This document shows positions 56,683 through 64,000 of a stretch of DNA of 64,000 nucleotides, piece after piece. This DNA is from an uncultured Nitrospiraceae bacterium (GTDB taxonomy: Bacteria; UBA10199; SBBF01). The stretch lies in NCBI GenBank assembly GCA_964592255.1, contig CAZQCI010000001.1, positions 15,885-79,884 of the forward strand. The letters are read 5' to 3'. The notes beneath the pieces were generated by a model, which saw only the letters and a list, made by a program, of their open reading frames with translations, was not told the DNA's origin and made no database searches. A program made the translations under genes and the position numbers. Within the stretch, counting starts at the first letter, position 1, and each line of letters opens with the position of its first letter.

Positions 56683-57846
56683 ATGCTCGATATTTTACGT
56701 AAAAACGCTTCGTCTTGGATCACTAAACTCATTCTCGGTATTATTGCCGTAAGTTTTGCCCTATTTTACGGGTGGAACTCTCTGCATAAAGTGCCAGGAG
56801 CCCCCGAAACAGAAGTGGCCGAAGTTAATGGAGAACCTATTCTCTTTCAAGAATTCTCCCAACGTTATCAAAATCAGCTCAATACTTACGAACAAATTTA
56901 CAAAAGCAAACTGCCCGATCCTCTTCGTAACCAGTTACAACAAATGGCGCTTAACTCATTGATTCAGGAACGTATTATCCGTCAAGCTGCAGAAAAAATA
57001 GGTCTTAAAGTTACCGATGCCGAAGTTCGCGACACCATCGTCAATAACCCCAACTTGCAAGTCAATGGCAAGTTCGATCCCAATCAATATAAAAATGTTT
57101 TTCGCCCTTGGTTTTTAAATCATAATGGTATTGATTATGAAGACGCTCTACGCAGCGACAAACTAAAAGAAAAATTCATCAAACAATTTGAAGGCACCCT
57201 CTTCGTTTCCGACCTCTCTCTGCGCCAGCAATTCACCGTGGAAAATACGAAAATGGCCCTGAAAATGGTATCCCTTTCCCCCGATGATCTTGCAAAAGAT
57301 TATAAAGAAGACCCCCAAGCCTTGCAGAAAAAAATGGATAGCCTCAAACAACAAGGCACAAGTAACGAAGAAGATTTAAAGCAACAAGCAAGTGAGGCCT
57401 TAAAAGCAGAATATGGCCTAAGCAAAGCCAATAAATTAGCTGATGAGCTTTGGCCCTTATGGTCTGCGGGTAAGCCAACTGAAACATTGATTAAACAGAT
57501 GGGTTTAAAAGTAACCGATATTCCGGCGACTCCTTTATCTCAGACAAATACCTTTTTTAAAGGGGAAGACGACCCGCAAGCCGTCAGCACTCTCTTCTCA
57601 CTTACCAAAAACAAACCTTATACAGACAAACCCTTACGCGTAGGAGACTCCATCTACCTTATCCAATTAACATCGCGCACTGATCCCGACCCCAATGACT
57701 TTGAAAAGAATAAAAGCAGTCTGAAATCCCAAGCCCAGCGTGAAATTTCACGCCAGTATTTTCAAGCCTGGTACCAACAAGCTCTCACTCAGGCTAAAGT
57801 GAAAATTCTGAAAACGGGCCTTGGAAACGATACAGGCACTTCATGA
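56683..57846 (+). CDS. Membrane-anchored periplasmic chaperone-like protein with a SurA-N-terminal-type domain and no PPIase domain evident
   Basis: N-terminal TM WITKLILGIIAVSFALFY. N-domain pattern like PpiD/SurA (NGEPILFQEFSQRYQNQL). 387 aa. Overlaps cca by 4 nt. Confidence 0.5.
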   Translation: MLDILRKNASSWITKLILGIIAVSFALFYGWNSLHKVPGAPETEVAEVNGEPILFQEFSQRYQNQLNTYEQIYKSKLPDPLRNQLQQMALNSLIQERIIRQAAEKIGLKVTDAEVRDTIVNNPNLQVNGKFDPNQYKNVFRPWFLNHNGIDYEDALRSDKLKEKFIKQFEGTLFVSDLSLRQQFTVENTKMALKMVSLSPDDLAKDYKEDPQALQKKMDSLKQQGTSNEEDLKQQASEALKAEYGLSKANKLADELWPLWSAGKPTETLIKQMGLKVTDIPATPLSQTNTFFKGEDDPQAVSTLFSLTKNKPYTDKPLRVGDSIYLIQLTSRTDPDPNDFEKNKSSLKSQAQREISRQYFQAWYQQALTQAKVKILKTGLGNDTGTS

Positions 57847-59237
57847 ATCCCCTTAAATTTCCCCGTTTCAATTTCATAACACGCCTCTTAAGCGTACAAG
57901 GAGAAGTTTATCTTGTAGGAGGTACGGTAAGAGACATCCTTATGGGATTACCCCATAAAGATTATGACCTTCTGGTTAGAGGCCTTCCCCCCGAAGAATT
58001 AGTAAAAACTTTAAAGCCGTTGGGATATATCAAAGAAGTAGGTAAATCTTTTGGTGTCTTCAAATTCCGTCCCAACGAATTTTCAGAATTTGAATTCGAC
58101 ATTGCCCTACCTCGCGTAGAAAAATCAACAGGTGTAGGCCATCGCGATTTTCAAGTAGATTTTAATCATCTTTTAACCGCAGAAGAAGATTTAGGCCGAC
58201 GGGATTTCACCCTTAACGCCATGGCCTACAATCTGCAAACAGAAACACTGGTAGACCCTTTTGACGGAAAAAAAGATTTAGAACAAAAAATTTTGAGACA
58301 AGTTTTTCCCAAAGCGTTTGAAGAAGACCCTCTTCGCCTACTGCGAGCAGTCCAGTTTGCAGCGCGTTTTTCGCTCACCATAGAACCTAACACCTTAAAC
58401 GCCATGAAAGAGCACGCTGAAAAAATAAAAACAGTCTCACGCGAAAGAATTATTATTGAAGTACAAAAATTGATGACTGCTCCAAAACCCTCACACGGCT
58501 TTGACATTATGCGGAATACAGGCATTTTGGAGCACATCTTTCCGTTTGTCAAAAAAATGATCGGCGTTCTGCAACCCATGAAACAAAATGAAGACGTTTA
58601 TCTTCATACAATGAAAGTCTTGGACGCTGCAAGAAACAGCTCCGAAATGGAGCATCCTGGCGAAATGGAAATGATGTTTTCTGCCCTTCTTCACGATGCC
58701 GGTAAACCCCAAACCCATCGTATTGATCCTAAAACTGGTAAAACCACGTTTTACGCACATCAGATCGTTTCTAAAAAAATTGCCCGACGTTGGCTGGAGG
58801 AATACAAAGCCTCCACCATCGGTTTAAACGTTGATCAAGTTTTAAGTCTAGTAGAACACCACATGTTCGAAACTAAATCCTTCTATAGTGAAAAAGCCAT
58901 TCGCCGTTTTGTTTCAAAAATAGGGCAAGACTCTATTTTCAAGCTCATCGATCTACGTATTGCGGACAAAAAAGGTGGACGATACCCAGATAGCATGAAA
59001 GGCATTCTTAAACTCAGGGACGTGATTCGTGCCGAAATCAATAAAAAGCCACCCTTCGGACCCAAAGACTTAGCCATCAACGGTCATGAGATTATGACTT
59101 TAGGCTTTAAACCTGGCCCCATCATTGGTAAGATACAGGCGTTTCTCATGGAAAAAGTACTGGATGAACCTGGGTTGAATGAGAAAGAAAAACTAATTCA
59201 ATTGATTAAGGAGAATTTTAGCGTCATTCCCGCGTAG
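57843..59237 (+). CDS. cca: CCA tRNA nucleotidyltransferase (PolyA-polymerase head domain plus HD domain)
   Basis: Nucleotidyltransferase motif LVGGTVRDILMG…DYDL. Head domain RRDFTLNAMAY. HD motif LHDAGK. 464 aa. Confidence 0.85.
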   Translation: MNPLKFPRFNFITRLLSVQGEVYLVGGTVRDILMGLPHKDYDLLVRGLPPEELVKTLKPLGYIKEVGKSFGVFKFRPNEFSEFEFDIALPRVEKSTGVGHRDFQVDFNHLLTAEEDLGRRDFTLNAMAYNLQTETLVDPFDGKKDLEQKILRQVFPKAFEEDPLRLLRAVQFAARFSLTIEPNTLNAMKEHAEKIKTVSRERIIIEVQKLMTAPKPSHGFDIMRNTGILEHIFPFVKKMIGVLQPMKQNEDVYLHTMKVLDAARNSSEMEHPGEMEMMFSALLHDAGKPQTHRIDPKTGKTTFYAHQIVSKKIARRWLEEYKASTIGLNVDQVLSLVEHHMFETKSFYSEKAIRRFVSKIGQDSIFKLIDLRIADKKGGRYPDSMKGILKLRDVIRAEINKKPPFGPKDLAINGHEIMTLGFKPGPIIGKIQAFLMEKVLDEPGLNEKEKLIQLIKENFSVIPA

Positions 59238-59320
59238 GCGGGAATCCAGATAACCCTTCGACAAGCCACAATGTGGCAAGCTCAGGGTGTCCATAATTTA
59301 CAGGACATGGTGAGCTTGTC
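59226..59320. other. Two consecutive stem-loops at the end of cca and in the cca-downstream intergenic region
   Basis: (1) ATTCCCGC-GTAG-GCGGGAAT: a perfect 8-bp stem that includes the cca TAG stop. (2) 59279-59320 CAAGCTCAGGGTGTCC…GGACATGGTGAGCTTG: about 16 bp paired with 2 mismatches. No T-tract. Confidence 0.4.
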
Positions 59321-59331
59321 TAACCATAAAT

Positions 59332-59754
59332 ATGAAATCCAAATTCCAATCCCACGTTGACAAAGGCGACAAACACGCTTCTAAAAACAAATTTGATAAA
59401 GCGCTTAAAGAATATAAAAAAGCCAAAGATTTAGATCCTGAAAATAAAGAAATTTATTCCAAACTGGTCGATACCCATAAAAAAGCCACAATAGAATGGA
59501 ATGAAACCGATTTTACCGAAAGCTTGGAGTGGACCATGAAACTACAAGAACTGGAAAATCCCAAAATGAAGCGTCTACACGCTCAAATGACCCCAGAATG
59601 GAAACGCATCAATGGTTTAATTAGGCTTCTGCTCGAAACGAAAGAAGAAGCAGAAGAAACCGATTTTGTGGAAAAAATTTCGGCTTATGGCAAAGAAGCT
59701 GTCTATCCTCTGGTAGAATTTATTCTTCAATTCAAACGTCTAAACAAAGCATGA
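59332..59754 (+). CDS. Hypothetical Lys/Glu-rich protein with a TPR-like helix pair
   Basis: KALKEYKKAKDLDPENKEIYSKL is TPR-like. 140 aa. ATGA overlap with coaE. Confidence 0.4.
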   Translation: MKSKFQSHVDKGDKHASKNKFDKALKEYKKAKDLDPENKEIYSKLVDTHKKATIEWNETDFTESLEWTMKLQELENPKMKRLHAQMTPEWKRINGLIRLLLETKEEAEETDFVEKISAYGKEAVYPLVEFILQFKRLNKA

Positions 59755-60377
59755 AAATCATTGGCCTCACAGGCTCCATCGGCTCCGGCAAATCCACCGT
59801 TTCGGGCATAATTCGGAAAATGGGTATCCCTGTCATTTGTGCGGACCACATTGCCAAGCAAGTTGTCGAAACAGGTCAACCCGCTTACAGAAAAATCATC
59901 AAAAATTTTGGACAAAAAATTCTCAACCCTGACAAAAGCCTTAACCGCACACTCTTAGGACAGCTCGTTTTTGGCTCCGCTACAAAAAGAAAACAGCTCA
60001 ATCGAATTGTTCATCCTTACGTCATCAAACATATTCGCCAACAACTAGCATCTCACAAAAAGAAAAAAACACCGTTGATTGTTTTAGACATCCCCCTGCT
60101 CTACGAGGAAAAATTAGATTCTTTGTGCAATGAAGTCATTGTCGTCTATGCTCCTGCGAAAAAAATGTTGGAGCGAGTACGGAGACGAGATTTGCTACCT
60201 GTGAAAGAAATTAAAAACAGAATTGCCTCACAAGTTTCAATTGAAAAAAAGAAGAAAAAAGCCGACTGGATTATTGATAATTCTAAAAGAGTTGAATCTA
60301 CGAAAAGACAGGTGAAAAACTTATTTAATTCACTTGGTGTTGCTCATAATTCCAGAATTGTTTCGGTTTCAGAATAG
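59751..60377 (+). CDS. coaE: Dephospho-CoA kinase
   Basis: P-loop MKIIGLTGSIGSGKST. Conserved LDIPLLYE. 208 aa. Confidence 0.9.
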   Translation: MKIIGLTGSIGSGKSTVSGIIRKMGIPVICADHIAKQVVETGQPAYRKIIKNFGQKILNPDKSLNRTLLGQLVFGSATKRKQLNRIVHPYVIKHIRQQLASHKKKKTPLIVLDIPLLYEEKLDSLCNEVIVVYAPAKKMLERVRRRDLLPVKEIKNRIASQVSIEKKKKKADWIIDNSKRVESTKRQVKNLFNSLGVAHNSRIVSVSE

Positions 60378-60732
60378 AAATTCCTTGATATCCTTTCAAA
60401 ACGAGCAAATCTTTGTCTCCCGTAATAATGCATTGGCATTGCCCAGTAATGGCCGTGGCCAAAATGATATCGTCGTCCGGGTCTCGGCTTATGGAGACAG
60501 CAAACTTTTCCGGCTTGACTATCAAAAACTTTGAAAGAAGCAGATGGGTCATCTGGCTAATTTCAGTAGCACTGCAATCAAACTTTTTTTTCAGATTTTT
60601 TTGGAATTTCTGGATAATAAAATGGGAACTAATTAAGGAATGATTTACAATACAGTGCTCAAATAATTCGGTACACACCCCTCTGGAAATAAAGGCAGAG
60701 ATGAGGACATTAGTGTCAAAAACAATTCTCAT
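60325..60732 (-). CDS. PIN-domain toxin (VapC-like)
   Basis: MRIVFDTNVLISAF N-terminal PIN motif with acidic residues (D6, …ITGDKDL). 135 aa. Its 3' end overlaps the coaE 3' end by 53 nt on the opposite strand. Confidence 0.7.
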   Translation of the reverse strand: MRIVFDTNVLISAFISRGVCTELFEHCIVNHSLISSHFIIQKFQKNLKKKFDCSATEISQMTHLLLSKFLIVKPEKFAVSISRDPDDDIILATAITGQCQCIITGDKDLLVLKGYQGISILKPKQFWNYEQHQVN

Positions 60733-60941
60733 GAAACCTTTTCAAATACTTCCTCATCAGTCACGACTTGTTTTCTTTTCGATAAGATATTTTTTCTGAT
60801 TTTTCTGAATTGACGTAAAAAGAGATAATCACGAAGAGACTCGCGAATAAGGTCACTTTTACCAACACCCTCCTCCCGACACGCTTTGTCGAGATCTTTC
60901 TTGATTTGGGATGGCAAACTGATTGTAAGAGTTTGTCTCAT
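60729..60941 (-). CDS. Ribbon-helix-helix (CopG-like) antitoxin
   Basis: 70 aa. N-terminal beta-strand then helices (QTLTISLPSQIKKDLDKACREEGVGKSDLIRESLRDYL). 4-nt overlap with the PIN gene. Confidence 0.6.
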   Translation of the reverse strand: MRQTLTISLPSQIKKDLDKACREEGVGKSDLIRESLRDYLFLRQFRKIRKNILSKRKQVVTDEEVFEKVS

Positions 60942-60996
60942 TACTGTATTAATTTGTAATACAACTTAATATAAGAATCAAGGAGGAAAAATTGGA

Positions 60997-61848
60997 TCAC
61001 AACGACAAAATCTTGCGTGCCTCTGCGGGGCTAGCCACTTCCCGGCCACATTCCCGGACCATCTTAGCGGCGTCCTCTACGACACACGCATTCGATTTGG
61101 CCATAGTTCCATCTACACGATAAAAATTATCTTCTAAACCAACCCGAATATTACCACCTAACTCAAGCGCTGCACGGATCATAGGCCATTGGTCTCGGCT
61201 AATACCAATCACCTCCCATGTGTGAGGACCATACTGTTTGGCTTGCGAGGCCTGAAAAGCCAGCGCTTCTTTTGTCGCTGCAATACCACCCAGAACTCCC
61301 ATGATAAACGAGTATTGAATAGGAGTTTTGAGAAGACCCATATCGATGAAAGGATAGACGTTGCTCACATGGCCCGCGTCAAAACATTCCAGCTCGGGCT
61401 TAACCCCAGCATTCACCATGTGTCGTAGAAAAAATTCGATGGTTTCAAATTTATTTTCAAAACAATGATCGAAGATAAACGATTTTCTTTTTTCAGAATA
61501 AATGGCGTAATTCATCGAACCCATATTCAGCGCCGCCAACTCTGGCTTAAGCCTCGTAATGTGATCGATGCGTTCTTCTTTAGGAATCCCTACTGTACCT
61601 GTTGAAAAGTTGATGACAATATCACACTTGGCTTGAACTTTCTTTTGAATCGCCTCGTAAACTTCCACACGCTGGGTAGGTCGTCCATCATCTTCACGGG
61701 CATGAATATGGACAACAGAAGCCCCTGCTTGCCAGGCACGATAAGTATCCTCTGCTATTTCATCGGGTGTATAAGGTATAGCGGGGCATTGCTGACGATT
61801 GGCTGCCAAGCCAGTGATGGCTACAGTAATAATAACTTTATTCGTCAT
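60997..61848 (-). CDS. kce: 3-keto-5-aminohexanoate cleavage enzyme family protein (BKACE/DUF849 TIM barrel)
   Basis: N-terminus MTNKVIITVAITG. Zn-ligand His/Glu pattern (VHIHARE…HxH). 283 aa. Overlaps the upstream carboxyltransferase gene by 4 nt. Confidence 0.75.
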   Translation of the reverse strand: MTNKVIITVAITGLAANRQQCPAIPYTPDEIAEDTYRAWQAGASVVHIHAREDDGRPTQRVEVYEAIQKKVQAKCDIVINFSTGTVGIPKEERIDHITRLKPELAALNMGSMNYAIYSEKRKSFIFDHCFENKFETIEFFLRHMVNAGVKPELECFDAGHVSNVYPFIDMGLLKTPIQYSFIMGVLGGIAATKEALAFQASQAKQYGPHTWEVIGISRDQWPMIRAALELGGNIRVGLEDNFYRVDGTMAKSNACVVEDAAKMVRECGREVASPAEARKILSL

Positions 61849-63452
61849 ACAGGCACCACTCCATTTCTTCTTTCAGGAATAATCACTTTTTTATTCGCGG
61901 TCATTTTCAAAGTATCCAAAATAACTCGCCGCGTATCACGTGGGTCGATCACATCGTCGATATAAGCCCCACCTGCCGCCATTTGTAAACTGATACGATC
62001 ACGAAACTGGCTTACTAATTCGTTACGACGTGATTTTGGGTCTTGAGAGGATTCAATGTCTTTACGAAACAAAATATTCACCGCACCTTCCGCTCCCATC
62101 AAACTGATTTCTGCGCTCGGCCAAGCGACAATTAAGTCAGGACCATAAGCCTTACCACACATCACATAATAACCCGCGCCATAGGCTTTGCGAATAATAA
62201 TAGTCATTTTAGGCACTGTCGCATGGCTCACCGCCCACAACATTTTCGCACCGTGCCGGATAATCCCCTGCTTTTCCACTTTAGAACCCACCATAAATCC
62301 AGGACAGTCTTCAAGAAAAACTAAAGGGATCGTGTAAGCATTACATAAATTAATAAACTTGGCGGCTTTATCAGCTTCATCAACTTGAATCACCCCACCC
62401 ATAAAAGAAGGTTGATTCGCCACAATACCGACGGAGTTCCCTCCAATACGTGCCAAACCCGTGATCAATCCTTGTCCAAACTTGGGTTTAATTTCAAAAA
62501 AATCGCCACCATCGACAATTTTTTCGATAATTTTTTTCATATCGTAGAGTTTTTTAGAATCTTCCGGCAAGCAATCAAGAATATCATCATCTAAACGCTC
62601 TTCACTTTGAGAGGAACCCGTGAGAAGACGACTTAAACGATCACTTTGATCCCGAGTCGATGCAGATTTTTGAAGAGTCGGTGGTTTTTCCCCACAATGG
62701 CTGGGTAAAAAACTTAAATATTTTTTCACCGCTTCAATACAGGCTTTATCATCTACAACTTCCAAATCACCCACACCACTGACTTCACAATGAACCTTGC
62801 TTCCACCTAAATCTTCAGTAGAAATTTTTTCACCAATAGCCGCTTCTACCAAGGGAGGGCCTGCCAAGGCCATAGAGGAAGTCCCCTTCACCATCGGAAC
62901 AAAATCCGCCAGCCCTGCAATGTAGGCAGTGCCAGCCGCACAGGGCCCCATCATCGCTGCCACCTGAGGCACCACACCCGACATCATCACTTGATCGAAA
63001 AACATTTTGCCCGTAATAGCAAATTTACTGCTGGCAATTTCCTGAACCCGGGCACCGGCAGAATCAAGCAGCCAGACAAGAGGCATTCTTTCTTGAAGAG
63101 CGATTTCTCGCATACGTTCCGCTTTTCTCTCCCCTACTTCACCAATCGTTCCTGCAATAACAGTAAAGTCATAGGCAATAACCGCTATACGTCGTCCATC
63201 CACTAACCCATGCCCCGTAACAACACCATCGGCAGGAGCCGGTTTTCCTTTAAGCAAGGGATCGTTAGGATCAGGCTCTGCTAGTTGAGATAATTCGCAA
63301 AACGATCCAGAATCAAAGAGCAAATCCAGCCGTTCCCGTACGGTCAACTTGCCTTGTGCATGTTGTTTTTCAATGGCTTCCTTCCCACCCAAAGTAAGTG
63401 TTTCTTGTTTTTGTTGAATATAATTTTGAGTGAGTTCTTTAAGAGTAGTCAT
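61845..63452 (-). CDS. Acyl-CoA carboxylase carboxyltransferase (beta) subunit (methylcrotonyl-/propionyl-CoA carboxylase beta-like)
   Basis: 535 aa. Two carboxyltransferase half-domains (GGARVQE…; GGAYIDDVIDPRDTR). Divergent from an acyl-CoA dehydrogenase. Confidence 0.85.
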   Translation of the reverse strand: MTTLKELTQNYIQQKQETLTLGGKEAIEKQHAQGKLTVRERLDLLFDSGSFCELSQLAEPDPNDPLLKGKPAPADGVVTGHGLVDGRRIAVIAYDFTVIAGTIGEVGERKAERMREIALQERMPLVWLLDSAGARVQEIASSKFAITGKMFFDQVMMSGVVPQVAAMMGPCAAGTAYIAGLADFVPMVKGTSSMALAGPPLVEAAIGEKISTEDLGGSKVHCEVSGVGDLEVVDDKACIEAVKKYLSFLPSHCGEKPPTLQKSASTRDQSDRLSRLLTGSSQSEERLDDDILDCLPEDSKKLYDMKKIIEKIVDGGDFFEIKPKFGQGLITGLARIGGNSVGIVANQPSFMGGVIQVDEADKAAKFINLCNAYTIPLVFLEDCPGFMVGSKVEKQGIIRHGAKMLWAVSHATVPKMTIIIRKAYGAGYYVMCGKAYGPDLIVAWPSAEISLMGAEGAVNILFRKDIESSQDPKSRRNELVSQFRDRISLQMAAGGAYIDDVIDPRDTRRVILDTLKMTANKKVIIPERRNGVVPV

Positions 63453-63551
63453 ATCGTCCTATAGTGAGGGAGTACCTCAAAAAATCAAGAAATTTTTGGA
63501 AATAAAACATTAAAATTGACGAATGAATCATGGCTGTGTCAGCATCGCGCC

Positions 63552-64000
63552 ATGACTAGTCAATTTTTTACTGAAGATCATCATATCTTTCGCAAAACAG
63601 TTCGTTCTTTTGTCGAAAAAGAACTACTTCCTCATCAACAAAAATGGGAAAAAGAAAAATTCGTTCCTAAAGATATTTTTAAAAAGTTAGGCCACCAAGG
63701 TTTTTTGGGAATTAATTATCCGGAAAACCTAGGTGGGAGTGGTTGTGATTACTGGTATAAAGTCGTTTTTGCAGAAGAAATGGTACGTTGCCGCATGAAC
63801 GGATTTGTCATGGACGTGCTCGTTCATACCGACATGACAACACCGGTCATCAATAAAATAGGTAATGAAGAACAACGGAAGATGGTTTTAGTCCCTGCCA
63901 TCACAGGTGAAAAAATATGTGCTCTCGGAGTCACCGAACCAGGCGGCGGATCGGATGTCGCCCATATTCGTACAACAGCTAGAAAAGATGGTGATTATTA
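63552..64000 (+). CDS. Acyl-CoA dehydrogenase, N-terminal part; continues beyond the window
   Basis: MTSQFFTEDHHIFRKTVRSFVEKELLPHQQKWEKEKFVPKDIFKKLG is a typical ACAD N-terminal domain. Open to the window end. Confidence 0.8.
   Translation, partial: MTSQFFTEDHHIFRKTVRSFVEKELLPHQQKWEKEKFVPKDIFKKLGHQGFLGINYPENLGGSGCDYWYKVVFAEEMVRCRMNGFVMDVLVHTDMTTPVINKIGNEEQRKMVLVPAITGEKICALGVTEPGGGSDVAHIRTTARKDGDY

Noticed and set aside
59238-59250. Using the ATTCCC-N-GGGAAT stem (a repeat architecture reminiscent of neisserial dRS3) to infer taxonomy
   Set aside because: Base composition, gene content and codon style do not fit Neisseria. The resemblance rests on a single 8-bp stem and is probably coincidental.

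Overview
This 64-kb window is from an AT-rich, didermic (Gram-negative-type) bacterium. It has Shine-Dalgarno sites, frequent 4-nt start/stop overlaps and many lipoboxes. I saw no rRNA, tRNA, CRISPR array or transposase. Overall GC content was not computed.

Blocks, in order:
(1) 1-10.6 kb: a cytochrome c oxidase locus of the caa3 type. It holds SCO1/SenC, a triheme cytochrome c, coxB, coxA, coxC, a subunit-IV-like gene, a second subunit-III-like gene, a DUF420 gene, ctaA, a fatty-acid-hydroxylase-family gene, ctaB and an MFS transporter. It also holds an unannotated 36-aa single-TM ORF and a long hairpin.
(2) 10.9-16.6 kb, minus strand: alr, then mlaE-mlaF-mlaD, then purH.
(3) 16.6-34.7 kb: an accessory-looking stretch of secreted, lipoprotein and orphan proteins. 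Recognisable members are an M43-like metzincin fused to a beta-helix, a C45-family protein, a glutamine amidotransferase (GATase), GST and MurJ.
(4) 35.3-49.2 kb: a Pel-type exopolysaccharide locus with PelB, PelD, PelE, PelF and PelG homologues. Its architecture is non-canonical, and this is the best candidate for an undescribed system variant. PelA is split into a GH114/166-like lipoprotein and a CE4 deacetylase protein. Two stand-alone CheY-like receiver genes and a large HEAT-repeat protein are translationally coupled inside the operon. There is no obvious PelC.
(5) 49.1-54.6 kb, minus strand: rodA-mrdA-mreD-mreC-mreB.
(6) 54.8-64 kb: a triple-repeat Cys-rich secreted protein behind a perfect 24-bp palindrome, TetR, a SurA-N-domain protein, cca, coaE, a PIN/RHH toxin-antitoxin pair, a kce gene, an acyl-CoA carboxyltransferase and an acyl-CoA dehydrogenase.

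All calls rest on reading motifs in the supplied translations. No database search was run.
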